Below, one piece after another: positions 41,054 through 56,806 of a DNA stretch of 64,000 bases. The stretch spans positions 310,001-374,000 of the forward strand of contig OZ024747.1 in assembly GCA_964016885.1 (NCBI GenBank). Direction: 5' to 3'. The position numbers were made by a program, and so were the translations under genes. The notes under the pieces were generated by a model. The model saw nothing but the letters and a program-made list of their open reading frames with translations. It did not search any database and was not told the origin of the DNA. The DNA comes from Eledone cirrhosa. Taxonomy: Eukaryota. Within the stretch, counting starts at the first letter, position 1, and the number at the start of each line of letters is the position of its first letter.

Positions 41054-41899
41054 ATATATATATATATGTATGTATATATATATACATACATACAGAGATA
41101 GAGAGAGAGAGAGTGAAGTGGGATAGCCTTTCATCACAGGTTTGCTGGATCAAAGCTGTTCTGGGCTCCTAAACAACTACAGCACCATAAACGAGGAAGT
41201 CTCTATACTGTCATTTGACTTGCTAGAAATAGCAGTTCTACACTGTCAGGGGGGTAACAGGAGCTGAACACCACCACCTCACAACACCACTAACACCAGC
41301 ACCACCACTACCACCACTACTAACACCACCACCACACAATGCCACCACCACTAACGCCACCACCACACAATACCACCACCACTACCAACACCACTACCAC
41401 ACAATACCACCACCACTATCACCACTACCAACTCTACCACCACACAACACTAACACCACTACCAACACCACTATCTTCATAGTTTCTTTTGTCGTCTGCC
41501 CAGACTAACCTGTCAAGGTGTGGGTTACGGTGGCATTGACATTTCACTTTCTTTCCATTTTCTTCTGCTTCCTCCTCTACCTCTTTCTTGGTTTCTTTCT
41601 GTCTTTATCCCCCCCCCCCCCTATTTAATCTTACTCTCTTTTCCTCCTTATTAACTACCTCCACTTCTTTCTCTCATCTCCCACTTCTCTCTTCTACATT
41701 TCAGACGAACGCTGTTGTGAACACACACACACACGCGCACACACACACAGTCACGCACACACACGCGCGCGCACCTTGTTCACGCACGCGCCTTTCCGAA
41801 GGCACGTGCACATGCGTACAGCCACTCACAAGAGCATTCTATTTTACTTACAACTCAATAACGAAAATAGGGAGTTTAGTTAGTCATAAGATGACGTTT

Positions 41900-43190
41900 G
41901 ATGGTGGTTGTGGTGGTGGTGGTGTGGTGGTTGTAGTGGTGGTTGTAGTGGTGGTGGTTGTGATGGTAGTAGTGGTGGTTGTGATGGTGGTTGTGGTGGT
42001 GGTGGTTGTGATGATGGTGTGGTGGTGGTTGTGGATATGGTGGTTGTGGTGGTGGTGGTAGTGGTGTGGTGGTGGTTGTGATTGTGGTGGTAGTGGTGTG
42101 GTGGTTGTTGTGATGGTGATTGTGGTGATGGTGGTGTGATGGTAGTAGTGTGGTGGTGGTTGTGATGGTAGTGGTGTGATGGTGGTGTGATGGTGGTTAT
42201 GATGGTAGTGGTATGGTGGTTGTAGTGGTGTGGTGGTAGTGGTGTGGTGGTTGTTGTGATGGTGATTGTGGTGGTGGTGGTTGTGGTGGTGGTTGTGGTG
42301 TGGTGGTGGTGGTGGTTGTGGTGGTGGTGGCTGTTGTGTGGTGGTGGTTGTGGGTGTGGTGGTGGCTGTGGTGGTTGAAGTGGTGGTGGAGGTGGTTGTG
42401 GTGTGGTTGTAGTGGTTGTAGTGGTGGTGGTGGTTGTGGTGTGGTTGTGGTGATTGTGGTGTGGTGGTGGTTGTAGTGGTGGTGGTTGTGGTGGTGGTGG
42501 TGGTGGTGGTTGTAGTGGTGGTGGTGTGGTGGTTGTGGTGTGGTGGTGGTGGTGGTGGTGGTGGTTGTGGTGTGGTGGTGGTGGTGGTGGTGGTTATAAT
42601 GGTGGTGGTGGTGGTTGTGGTGGTGGTGTGGTGGTGGTGGTGGTGTTTGAGGTGTGGTGGTGGTTGTGGTGGTGGTGGTGGTGGTGGTTGTGGTAGTGGT
42701 GGTGGTGGTGGTTGAGGTGTGGTGGTTGTGTTTGTGGTGGTGGTTGTGGTGGTGGTGGTGGTGGTGGTTGTAGTGGTGGTGGTGTGGTGGTTGTGGTGTG
42801 GTGGTGGTGGTGGTGGTTATAATGGTGGTGGTGGTGGTTGTGGTGGTGGTGGTTGTGGTGGTGGTGTGGTGGTGGTGGTGGTGTTTGTGGTGGTGGTGGT
42901 GGTGGTGGTTGTGGTGGTGGTTGTGGTAGTGGTGGTGGTGGTGGTTGAGGTGTGGTGGTTGTGGTAGTGGTGGTGATTGTGGTGTGGTGGTGGTTGTGGT
43001 GTGGTGGTGGTTGTTGTGGTGGCTGTGGTGGTGGAGGTGGTTGTAGTGGTGGTGGTTGTGGTGGTGGTGGTAGTGGCTGTTGTGGCTGTGGTGGTTGTAG
43101 TGGTGGTGGCTGTGGTAGTGGTGGTTGTGGTGGATGTAGTGGTGGTGTTTGTAGTGGTGGTAGTTGTAGTAGTGGTGGTGTTGGTAGGTG
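41900..43190. repeat. (GGT/GTG/GTT)n low-complexity array; (CAC)n tract at 41270-41475
   Basis: Direct inspection. Confidence 0.95.
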
Positions 43191-43429
43191 AGGAGGTGAT
43201 AATTTAACTCCAAGTCAGCTCTGATTAAGCAATTCTATGACAAAAGGTGTTCAATCCATGTACATCTTTTTTTAAAATGGCAAGATGCTGGTGATGGTAT
43301 TAGCTGAAGGGGTGGCTGGACCTGAGTATTTAGGACCCTGGACTAGCCCTACAATATGTCCCCCTCCATAATTCGAGTGAGATTCAGCTGGAATATCTAG
43401 CATCATTATCACTAGTTTTTAAGTCTTGA

Positions 43430-43700
43430 ACAAAGCTTCCTGTTCTTTCCCCACTCTGTTGTGTTTTGGGGATTATCAATTCCAATTGCCATTGCTTAGG
43501 TGCCTTTCCAGAGATCCAGGCCACCTGGCACACCCAGTGAATACCTCTATTTAAGGCTTTTAGCATCTCAGGAAGAATTTCATTTCTCCTATCAGACTTG
43601 TCACATTTGAGCTCTTTAACTGCTCTTGTGACCTCAGCCCTCGAGGGGTTAGTCATCACTCCAAGTGTACATCAGAAGATGTTGTGACTGGGTTTGGGAG
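43430..43700 (-). mobile_element. Old RTE LINE fragment
   Basis: AEVTRAVKELK..NEILPEMLKAL..CQVAWISGKAPKQWQ..IIP. Confidence 0.65.
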
Positions 43701-44079
43701 ATCAGATCAGATAGAAGATCAGATTAAAGAAGCTTCAGTGAACCAGTTCAGACATGTTGCTTTTTCTAATGATTGTCCAGCTTGTCATTCTATGTATGAC
43801 TAAGTCCTTGTAAACTCAATGGAGACAGACAGAGCAGACTCAGTCAGAGCAGATTGGCTGCTGTTCTTCTGCACTTATCTCTAATAATATGAATCGCATG
43901 AAATCTTTCGTCATTACCAGTGAGCTGTTAAAAAATGACTTGACAAAGAGAAAGAAAGGATTAGAAAGGAAAGGAGAGGAATGAGAATGGAAAGGAAGAG
44001 AGGGATAGAGAGAGAATTGAAATGTTACATTTGTTAGAAGTTTACAAGGTCGAGTTGTTCATCTCTGTCTCCAATCATC

Positions 44080-44865
44080 TATTATCCAGGCTTCATGGCC
44101 AACTCTGTAGCTAGAGTGAGAGAAAGTCCATATTATCCCGGTTTCATGGCCAACTCTGTAGCTAGAGTGAGAGAAAATCCATATTATCCAGGTTTCATGG
44201 CCAACTCTGACTAGAGTGAGACAAAGTCCATATTATCCAGGTTTCATGACCACTCTGTAGCTAGAGTGAGAGAAAGTCTATATTATCCAGGTTTCATGAC
44301 CACTCTGTAGCTAGAGTGAGAGAAAGTCTATATTATCCAGGTTTCATGGCCAACTCTGTAGCTAGAGTGAGAGAAAGTCCATATTATCCCGGTTTCATGG
44401 CCAACTCTGTAGCTAGAGTGAGAGAAAGTCCATATTATCCAGGTTTCATGGCCAACTCTGACTAGAGTGAGACAAAGTCCATATTATCCAGGTTTCATGG
44501 CCAACTCTGTAGCTAGAGTGAGAGAAAGTCAATATTATCCAGGTTTCATGGCCAACTCTGTAGCTAGAGTGAGAGAAAGTCTATATTATCCAGGTTTCAT
44601 GGCCAACTCTGTAGCTAGAGTGAGACAAAGTCCATATTATCCCGGTTTCATGGCCAACTCTGTAGCTAGAGTGAGAGAAAGTCCATATTATCCAGGTTTC
44701 ATGGCCAACTCTGACTAGAGTGAGACAAAGTCCATATTATCCAGGTTTCATGGCCAACTCTGTAGCTAGAGTGAGAGAAAGTCAATATTATCCAGGTTTC
44801 ATGGCCAACTCTGTAGCTAGAGTGAGAGAAAGTCTATATTATCCAGGTTTCATGGCCAACTCTGT
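44080..44865. repeat. 51-bp minisatellite (~15 units) with 253-bp higher-order period
   Basis: Unit tattatccaggtttcatggccaactctgtagctagagtgagagaaagtcca; a 49-bp variant recurs every fifth unit. Confidence 0.95.
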
Positions 44866-44984
44866 CCTAAATATTCCCCTCAAATTTAAATCTACAAATG
44901 TTTCCATAGCAAAGAATATATCTATTCTACAATATTATTTCCTATTGATAACATTGCCAAAATATTTTAGTCTACTAAAGCTTC

Positions 44985-45320
44985 TCTCTCTTGCATGGAC
45001 ATAGCACCATCATCACCATCACCATCCTTCTCTCATGGACATATCAGCACCATCACCATCCTTCTCTCGTGGACATATCATCACCATCAGCATCATCACC
45101 ATCACCATCCTTCTCTCATGGACGTATCATCACCACTATCCTTCTCTCATGGACGTATCATCACCATCATCCTTCTCTCATGGACATACCATCACCATCA
45201 CCATCATCACCATCCTTCTCTCATGGACATATCAGCACCATCATCACCATCACCATCCTTCTCTCATGGACATAGCACCATCATCACTATCTCATGGATA
45301 TATCAACACCATCATCATCA
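44985..45320. repeat. Variable tandem repeat ccttctctcatggacata+(CATCAC)n
   Basis: Direct inspection. Confidence 0.85.
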
Positions 45321-45801
45321 TGTTGGTGTTAGTGGTATTGTTACTGGTGGTGGTGTTGGTGGTGTCAATGTAATAACGGTGATGGCACATGTCCAGAGAG
45401 AGATAGAAAAAGAAAGAGAAGGAATGTGTGTGAGAGAGAGAGAGAAGGAATGTGTGTGAGAGAGAGAAGAAATGAAACACTGACGTGCCACCTGGTGGCA
45501 CAAACTAACTGAAAGGCATTAGAAGGAGAGGAAGACATTGTGGCAGACAAGAGAGACATTAAGGAGAAGGGGGTGGGGAAGAATAGGTGGAGGGGGATGA
45601 GGTAGTGGTTGTGATAAGTTGGTTAGGTAAGGTTAGGCAAATCTGTTGGAAGGTTTAGAAACTTCTGACCTCATTGCTAGGGCAAAGGCAACAGACAGTT
45701 GTGTGTGTATATATATATATAAGTTATTCCGGGTTGAATCGGAGGTAACCACAGTAAGGTACTCAATACATAGCAAAGTATAAAAGTTTTAATATAGAAG
45801 A

Positions 45802-45850
45802 GATTCTATAGGATTAGAACTGTTTCATTCGTGAGAAATCATGAGGAATC
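45802..45850 (-). ncRNA. Hammerhead-like motif, family F (core CTCATGA)
   Basis: Reverse complement: gattc CTCATGA t-ttc-tcac-gaa-t GAAA cag..cta TA gaatc. Confidence 0.5.
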
Positions 45851-46331
45851 TGACTGTCCAAGTAAATATGGTGGTATTTATATCTTTTCTGGTGGTAGGG
45901 GAGGGTGAGGAGTGGGATGGGTGGAGGTCATTGGTTGAAAGAAAAGGGAATTCATTAAAAGCTAATTCTTTAAACTATAATTTATATTTAGAGTGACAAA
46001 GGCAGAAAGAATTCTATAAGCAAGTTCAAATTGGAGTGCCACTCCTTATTTTTAAGTTTCTCTTAAGCTAACAATGCCTATATTTCAGGTGTCTATAAGA
46101 TGGTTGGAGGTCAGTCATGGTTGATGGGTTTAAAGAAAGGGGAATTCTTTAAAAGCTAATTCTTTAAAGCTTTACTTAGAGTGTCACTCTAAGACTCTAA
46201 GTAAAGCTTTAAAGAATTAGCTTTTAAAGAATTCCCCTTTCTTTCAACCAATGACCTCCACCCATCCCACTCCTCACCCTCTCCTACCACCAGAAAAGAT
46301 ATAAATACCACCATATTTACTTGGACAGTCC

Positions 46332-46380
46332 GATTCCTCATGATTTCTCACGAATGAAACAGTTCTAGTCCTGTAGAATC
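46332..46380 (+). ncRNA. Hammerhead-like motif, family F (core CTCATGA)
   Basis: gattc CTCATGA t-ttc-tcac-gaa-t GAAA cag-ttctagtc-ctg TA gaatc; all three stems pair. Confidence 0.6.
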
Positions 46381-46382
46381 TC

Positions 46383-46444
<62 letters not shown>

Positions 46445-46820
46445 GGGGTAACAGATTATTGTTATAGGTATATAGACCACACAAATATTACTATCCTCAC
46501 TACAGTGATAAATTCTTCATCTGTCAGATAATAAATGATTCTTACGGCCACCAGACCTACATTGTTTAAAGCCACCGGCTTATCTTTACACTATATATAA
46601 TACACTCCATGACAGCTTTTACAAGTCAATTTTATACATATGCCTCATGTCAGTTAGTTTTACACGCTAAAATCGTAGATATACTATACTTCCCACCTAG
46701 ATTGATGTTGTGATTATTTCAAATAATTTATTGCTAGCATTGTTAGTATTGTTGTTATTGTTCTGATTGAATGCAATTACTACTATATATATAGTAGCCA
46801 TGCCTGTATATTCCTTTCAT

Positions 46821-46941
46821 TCTCACAAGCTCCGATGAATTGACTGGTTATAACTTTGTATTGGTGATCGAATAACGTGAAAACAAGCGGGTAGCGATCT
46901 CTAGACCTACCAGTTCAGAGAAACAATTGTCAGCAATGAGA
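46821..46941 (+). ncRNA. Hammerhead-like motif, family G (core CCGATGA, long stem II)
   Basis: tctca-caa-gct CCGATGA ..actggt ... accagt.. GAAA c-aatt-g TC agc-aa-tgaga; palindromic ACAATTGT; ~50 nt before (TA)n. Confidence 0.6.
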
Positions 46942-46987
46942 TTAAAAACCTTTTTTGTATAGCAAACCGTGTCACTCTTCTTTCCTG

Positions 46988-47030
<43 letters not shown>

Positions 47031-47035
<5 letters not shown>

Positions 47036-47222
47036 GTTTCTACTTTTGGCACAAGGCCAGCAATTACCCAGTACATTACTGGTACTTTATTTTATCGACC
47101 CCGTAAGGATGAAAGGCAAAGTTAACCTTGGTGGGATTTGAACTCAGACCATAAAGGGCCGTAACTCTTTGCTGCAAAGCATGGCGTCCGACCCTCTACC
47201 GATAATGCCAATTCACCGCCCT
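47031..47222 (-). mobile_element. Full-length tRNA-derived SINE
   Basis: Reverse complement starts aggcggtgaattggcattatcggtagag, B box gagttcaaatccc; inserted in (TA)n. Confidence 0.88.
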
Positions 47223-47414
47223 TATATATATATAATGTGTGTGTGTATCTATATATGTGTATATATAAATATATATATATATGTGTGTGTGTGTATCTTT
47301 TGTATATATATGTGTGTGTGTGTGTATCTTTTGTATATTTGTATGTGTATATGTAAATATGTACACATGCACACACACCCAATATATACACACCCAATAT
47401 ATACACACAAAATA

Positions 47415-48513
47415 CTAGCTCTTTCAACTGCGCAGAGGGTTCTATAGAAATAGTGGACAGCTTCCGTTACCTGGGTGACAAAATCAGCAGTGGGGGAGGG
47501 TGCTCCGAAAGTACAGTAGCTAGAGTCAGAACTGGATAGAAAAAGTTCAGAGAGCTTATACCACTATTAGCCGCTAAAGGGTTCTCCCTAAAAATGAAAG
47601 GCAGGTTGTATGATGCCTGCATACGAACAGCAATGTTGCATGGCAGTGAGACCTGGGCATTGTGTGCAGAGGATATACGCAGACTAGAGAGGAATGAAGC
47701 TTGCATGCTCCGCTGGATGTGCAATAGTAATATACGCGAACGGCAAAGCATAAACGAACTAAGGAAAAAATTAGAAATAAGAGGGATCAGATGTTGTTTA
47801 CTCGAGAGAAGGCTACGTTGGTATGGTCACGTGATGCGCATGAAAGACGACAGCTCTATAGCAAAGTGCAGGGCAATAAAGATAGACGGTAGCCACGGAG
47901 TAGGCAGACCCAGAAAAACCTGGGACGAGCTGATAAATTCCGACCTCACACACTTAAACCTCTCCAAGACAATGTCACTGGACCGAGAGCTTTGGCGGTA
48001 CTCAGTAATAGAGAAGACCCGCGTTACCTAAATACAAAGTAAAACCTACTACAGTCAGTAGGCATCTCTAACAAAATACACCCCATCCCACCACCCCCAC
48101 CCCATCCACACCGCCCCTTTCAATGTAAAGTTATGTTGGTGCCACAAAATCCAGGCCGAAACAAATGAGATCGTGTAGGTGTCACGACAAAAAAAACACA
48201 CAGTCCACGCTGTAATGTGACCGTGTAGGCAACACGGTAAAAACCTCCCAGTCCCACACTGTAAATGTGGTTGGTGTTAGGAAGGGCATCCAGCTGTAGA
48301 AAACCTGCCAGACAGTCCACGCTGTAATGTGGCCGTGTAGGCAACACGGTAAAAACCTCCCAGCCCCACACTGTAAATGTGGTTGGTGTTAGGAAGGGCA
48401 TCCAACTGTAGAAAACCCGCCAGACAGTCCTATGCAAGCAAGACAACCACTCTTGCCTCAAGTGGGAAAACTCCCGTCCAAACCCATGCAAGCATGGAAC
48501 ACGGACGTTAAAC

Positions 48514-48549
<36 letters not shown>
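47415..48549 (+). mobile_element. 5'-truncated RTE LINE (same family as 301-3226) with duplicated 3'-UTR segment
   Basis: KGRLYDACIRTAMLHGSETW..GRPRKTWDE; 48200-48312 is repeated at 48312-48425; long (GAT)n tail. Confidence 0.93.
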
Positions 48550-48600
48550 ATAATATATACAATATATATATATATGTATATATGCTCATATATATATATA

Positions 48601-48631
<31 letters not shown>

Positions 48632-50529
48632 GCACATATATATTTATGTATATATGTGTATGTATATATATGCACAAATATATATATATATATATATCAT
48701 CATCATTTTACGTCTGCTTTTCCCTGCTTGCAAGGGTATACATATTTGTGCATATATATATATACACACACATATATATATATATATTTGTGCGTAGGCA
48801 ACAGATGATTTGACGTGATATAGAAATTGTTTTGTTAAGAATGTGAAGTGGTATCTGGAGTTGTTGGAGTGGTTATTGTTGATGTAGTAGTGGTGGAGAT
48901 GGTGGTGGTGTTGCTGTGGTGGTGGTGGTGGAGATGGTGGTGGTGTTGGTGTGATGGTGTTGTTGCTGAGTGGTGGTGGTGGTTGTGTTGCTGTGGTATT
49001 GGTAGTGATAGTGTTGGTAGTGGTGGTGCTGTCTGTTTTTGCCTCTTTGGAAATAATAGGAAGATACAGTAATGGTCAGTCGTCCAATGTTCTCTTCTTT
49101 TAGGTTTTCTTCTGTTTACACAGAGAGAAGAGGAACAAATAGTCATTGAAAAGGTTACAGGATGTGTGACAAAAGAGCTTTGATGAACTAACTATTAACT
49201 AATAATAGTGAAAACAGAATAGTGTCTGTGTTTTTATTGGCAACATGACCCTCCCTCAAAATAACAATTCTAACAACATGACCTTCCCCAAATATAATAA
49301 TCTCTGTTCCAACAATTTGTAATACTGGCAACATGACCACCCCCAAATATGACAATATCGGTTTCAAGACAGGATTTCACATCAAAATCTTGCAAAAGAA
49401 ATACATCAATGTAACTTATTATGTTTGTTATTCAAGTAATTAAAGGTAAAGAAAAGTGTGGTAACTTTGTAGAAATTAAAGGTAAGGAAAGGTGTGGTAA
49501 CATGGTAGGGTCACAAAATCTGTTTCTCACTATTTATGTTCAGATTTCAAACCATACCAAAGTCAACTTTACCTTTCATCCACCTTGGGTTGATAGAAGT
49601 GCAGTGGTGTGTCTAGAGTGAGTACTTGCTGGATGAGCCATGGAGTTTGCTACTTGAAAAGGGTAAAAGGTAAAGTTGACCTTGGTGGGATTTGAACTCA
49701 GAATGTAAAGAACAAATATTGCAATACCATTTTATGAAACACCCCTCTAGTTATGCCAATGCCCCACCCTCACCACTTTTCATTTTGATAAGTTGAGGCA
49801 GTTGGTTGTTAGAACATCACATAGAATGCCTTGTGGTATTTGTTCCAGCTCTTTCAATTCAAATACCATTAAGGTCAACTATGCCTCTTATCCTTTCAAG
49901 GTTAATAAAAAAAATACTAGTTCAGTACTGGGGGCAATTCTTTCCCTATACCACTTTCCCATTTCCTCTCTCACATTCTCTCTCTCCTCGTTTCCTCTAT
50001 CACACACTCTCTCCCTTTATGCCTACTCACAAGAAAACACACATTAAGTAAATGATTACATGTAATCTTTATAGCTCCACAAATGGAACAAGATTGTTTG
50101 GGAAGTGTCCAAGTTGATCAACTTAGATTAAAAGTACAATAGTGATTAATGTGTTGTTTTTTGGGCAATGTAAACAAAACATTTTGTTCAGTGGATATAA
50201 TATTAAACTAACACTTCATCAGGTTCATCAGTGAAAATTCATTAAACATTGATTTGTTGTATCTCTAGAGTTTCTAGGGGCACAAAACCACACCATTTTG
50301 TGGTGAATCTGGTGGCACTGCACTATATTTTGTAGCTCATCTAGAGTTTCTGGTGGCACAAATGTATGGCGCTACCATATTTTGTCTCTCTACTGCACTC
50401 AATTTTACTGTGTAATTAGTGGCACAAAATCACTGCACATTTGTTATATCTCTGGTGGCACAAAACTCTGTCCTGTTGTATCTCTAGTATCTTTAGTGGC
50501 ACAAATCTCTAAAATTCCTAAATTCGCTT

Positions 50530-50805
50530 TATTGAGTCAACCCTGGTGGCCTTCATTGGAGCACTATAATATGTGTCTTAAGATATTGAGTCAATTCTGG
50601 TGGCCTTCATTGGAGCACTATAATATGTATCTTAAGATATTGAGTCAACCTTGGTGGCCCTTATTGGAGCACTATAATATGTCTTAAGATATTGAGTCAA
50701 CCTTGGTGGCCCTTATTGGAGCACTATAATATGTGTGTAAAATAACCCTATTGATATTTATTGGAGCACTATAATATGTGTGCAAAATAACCCTATTGAT
50801 ATTTG
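50530..50805. repeat. ~54-56-bp tandem repeat
   Basis: attgagtcaacc.tggtggcc.t.attggagcactataatatgt..cttaagat four times plus a partial unit. Confidence 0.85.
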
Positions 50806-53207
50806 TCAAAAGAAATCATCTATGAAAGAGACGTTAGCACCTGAATAAGGTGTGTGTGATAACCTGACCCCCTATTCCAGGAAGGTGGTGAATATGCTTC
50901 TGGAGAAGTTGTAGTTTTAAGGACCACTAGCTTTTTAGACCTTAAAAAACAGGAAATTCATTGGTATTGGGTTTGAAAGGCAATAAAATGCCACAACAGT
51001 TTGGTGTACAAACCCCAGGTACACACCTTTTATTAATGGTGTACAAACCCCAAGTACACACCTTTTGTTAATGGTTGCAATCAATTTACTGATATTTCAT
51101 CAATTCACTTCAATTTATTTGATACAAAACTGCCTGAAACTGCTCTGGATATATTTAGGATACAAAACTTTTCATTTTAAAAATGTTTATTTTAAAATCT
51201 TCCATTATGATTATATTTTTGAAGTAATATCAACTTATTAATGAAAAACTTTATTTTATTAAATTCCCCCAAATTTTTGAATATTTTCAAAATTAATTGA
51301 AACACATAATAGGTTTTGTATTTCATTAGAAACAAAATAATTAAAGACTTAAAACATTGTAAATGTGTGTGTGAGTGCATGTAAAGTGTGTGTGTACATG
51401 TATGCACGTGTGTGAGAGGGGGTGATGCAGGGATCTACTGCACACATATAATGGCTGTATGACTTTATCCCACTATAATCATAGTCTGACCTTAGTTGCT
51501 ATCTTTGTTATACACTTGGTTCCCCCCCCCCCTCTATATATGTATATATATATAGGTCATTACTTTGGCAACTAAATGAGAATGTATGCATACTTGAAAT
51601 CATGTATATATACACACCTACATACATACATATACATACATACACTCACGCATGTGTACACACACACACAGAAAACACACAGAAAAGAAGCAAAGGAAAA
51701 TATACAGAGAGAGAGAGACTTAAAAGTGGGAGCTCCTACTTAAGTCACTTGACCTTCCCTCAAAAAATACAGTATTTGTTTCTTTATTTTTTCACAACCA
51801 ATTTTTTGGACCTTATGTCCTAATTATTTAATCCCTCCATAAGGAAAATTTCTATAATATTCAGTTGAGTTTATTTAGCATCTAGGATGCAGGGGAAATA
51901 TATAACTGAGGCAGTTAATATTGGATCATTTGAATTGGATAAATAGTAGTAGTGGTAGTAGTAGTAGTAGTAGTAGTATAGTAGTAGTAGTGGTAGTATT
52001 AGTGGTAGTAGTAATGGTGGTAGTAGTAGGTAGTATAGTAGTAGTATAGTAGTAGTAGTAGATTCCAAGAGACTCTGGTAAATGTCTGTCCTCAGCACTG
52101 AACTATGTTATGGACTTGTAACTCATGATGGAGTCCTACAGCTGAGTGAATTGGAGTAATGTGAAATAAAGCACCTTTCTCACGGACACAACACACTGCC
52201 CAGTCTGGGAATAGAACTCACCGCATGACGATTCTAGGCCTAATGCTGTAACCACTAAGCCTCATGCTTGACACACACAGCCCTGAGATAAACCATCTAT
52301 AATTTGTCTCCTTTATGCCATCAAATTCCTATTCTATTAACTTTACAGGATGTGGCAGTGATGTTAAAACTGTATGTGTTGTTTCCTATCCTTCATTAGA
52401 TTAGTTTCTCATCATTGTAATGCCACAAAGCCTGCACTAAACTGTAGATCTGACAAGAACTATAACTAAACAACAACAACGACAAAGGTGATGTTGATGA
52501 TGATTGACACGATGATGAATTGGGGTAAATTATCGATTTGGTTACCTCCCTTACTCTAATTTAACTTAAAACTCTTTCAACAATAACAACACCAGCAGTA
52601 TCAACATTGACAAGAACAACAGCAACAATACAGTAAGGACTGGTTGCTATATAAAGGGGAGGAAGGCACTTGGTAAGTTGCTCTTCAATGAAAGAGGGCC
52701 AACAGTGAAACCTTTGCCTCTTTGTAATAAGAAGAGGAAAAACCTGAAGAATTTGGAAAAGGAGAAAAAGAAAAAAAAACATGCAAACCAAGGAAAAAAC
52801 AGTTGCAAAAGAAAAAGAAATAAAGGGGTGGGGAAGTGGTGAAAATGGAGATATTGGAATTGGAGAGAGAAAGAAAGTGAAAATGGCAAAAAAAGGGAAG
52901 CAAAGGAAGTGGAAGGAAAGAAAGACAAGTAAAGTAATGAAGATAGTTTGATTTCCTGTAAGATCATATATAGTGAATCAGATCCTGTGATGGGATGAAA
53001 CATAGGACAAATATAGAGAGGGGGAGAGAGTGTAGGGGACATATATAGTGATATAGAGAGGAGGAGAGAGTGTAGGGGACATATATAGTGATATAGAGAG
53101 GGGGAGAGAGAGGGAGTGTGTGGAGATTGAACTAGGGTTCAGTTCAGTTGAGTCATCTTTCACTTCTGTGGAGCAAATGAAGTACTATGGATTTGTAATG
53201 TGGATTA

Positions 53208-55930
<2,723 letters not shown>

Positions 55931-56128
55931 TAGATAAATCTACCAAGAGTTTACGGTAGTGTCCAATCCGTATGAAGAACTCAATGTAGTCCGGATATCA
56001 TGGAAAGAAGAGATGCAATGAAAAATCACTTTCGGTGAAAGATAAACGGAATACAGAGTCAAGATAAAATATTAAAAAAATAATGAATAAAACAATGAAA
56101 CAGTTCCTTATATTAAACAAAAAAGTTC

Positions 56129-56277
56129 ATTATTTAACGATCGTTTCTAGGATATATATGTGTTAGAATTGGCATGCATATTCAACAGATCTATGTACAA
56201 AATTATACAAAATTATACAAACTATCAAGATTAAATATACATACCAAACACACATATATGCCGTCTTCAGAAATAAT
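56129..56277 (-). ncRNA. Hammerhead-like motif, family H, with ~115-nt stem II region
   Basis: Reverse complement: attattt CTGAAGA cggcatatatgtg ... cacatatatatccta GAAA c-gatc-g TT aaataat; 7-bp stem I, palindromic AACGATCGTT. Confidence 0.65.
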
Positions 56278-56279
56278 CT

Positions 56280-56654
<375 letters not shown>

Positions 56655-56767
56655 TAGAGGAATTCCAACTTTGTCTGATTTACTCGTTTTATTTACAATC
56701 CTTTAAAATATATATAATGGTATTATAATGAAATAGTATGATAGAATATTAAATTCTAAGTGTTAAT

Positions 56768-56806
56768 TGAACAAGTACTTTCATGCTTTCGCAATCTTCA
56801 GGTTCA
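56768..56806 (-). ncRNA. Type I minimal hammerhead ribozyme, family I, in PLE 3' pLTR
   Basis: Reverse complement: tgaac CTGAAGA t-tgc-gaaa-gca-t GAAA gtac TT gttca; palindromic AAGTACTT. Confidence 0.85.

Larger units (their letters stand above)
45720..46390. mobile_element. pLTR-like module with partial tandem and inverted duplication
   Basis: ~45792-45995 and 46130-46187 are both inverted relative to 46195-46389; TA tracts on both sides. Confidence 0.8.

Noticed and set aside
49104-49183. Candidate exon 2 for the 20184 exon
   Set aside because: The phase-compatible frame gives GFLLFTQREEE...stop, which does not complete a GxxGxxG motif.
55966-56050. Plus-strand hammerhead-like tccgt-ATGAAGA...GAAA..acgga
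   Set aside because: C3 missing, no NUH triplet in register, no convincing stem II.
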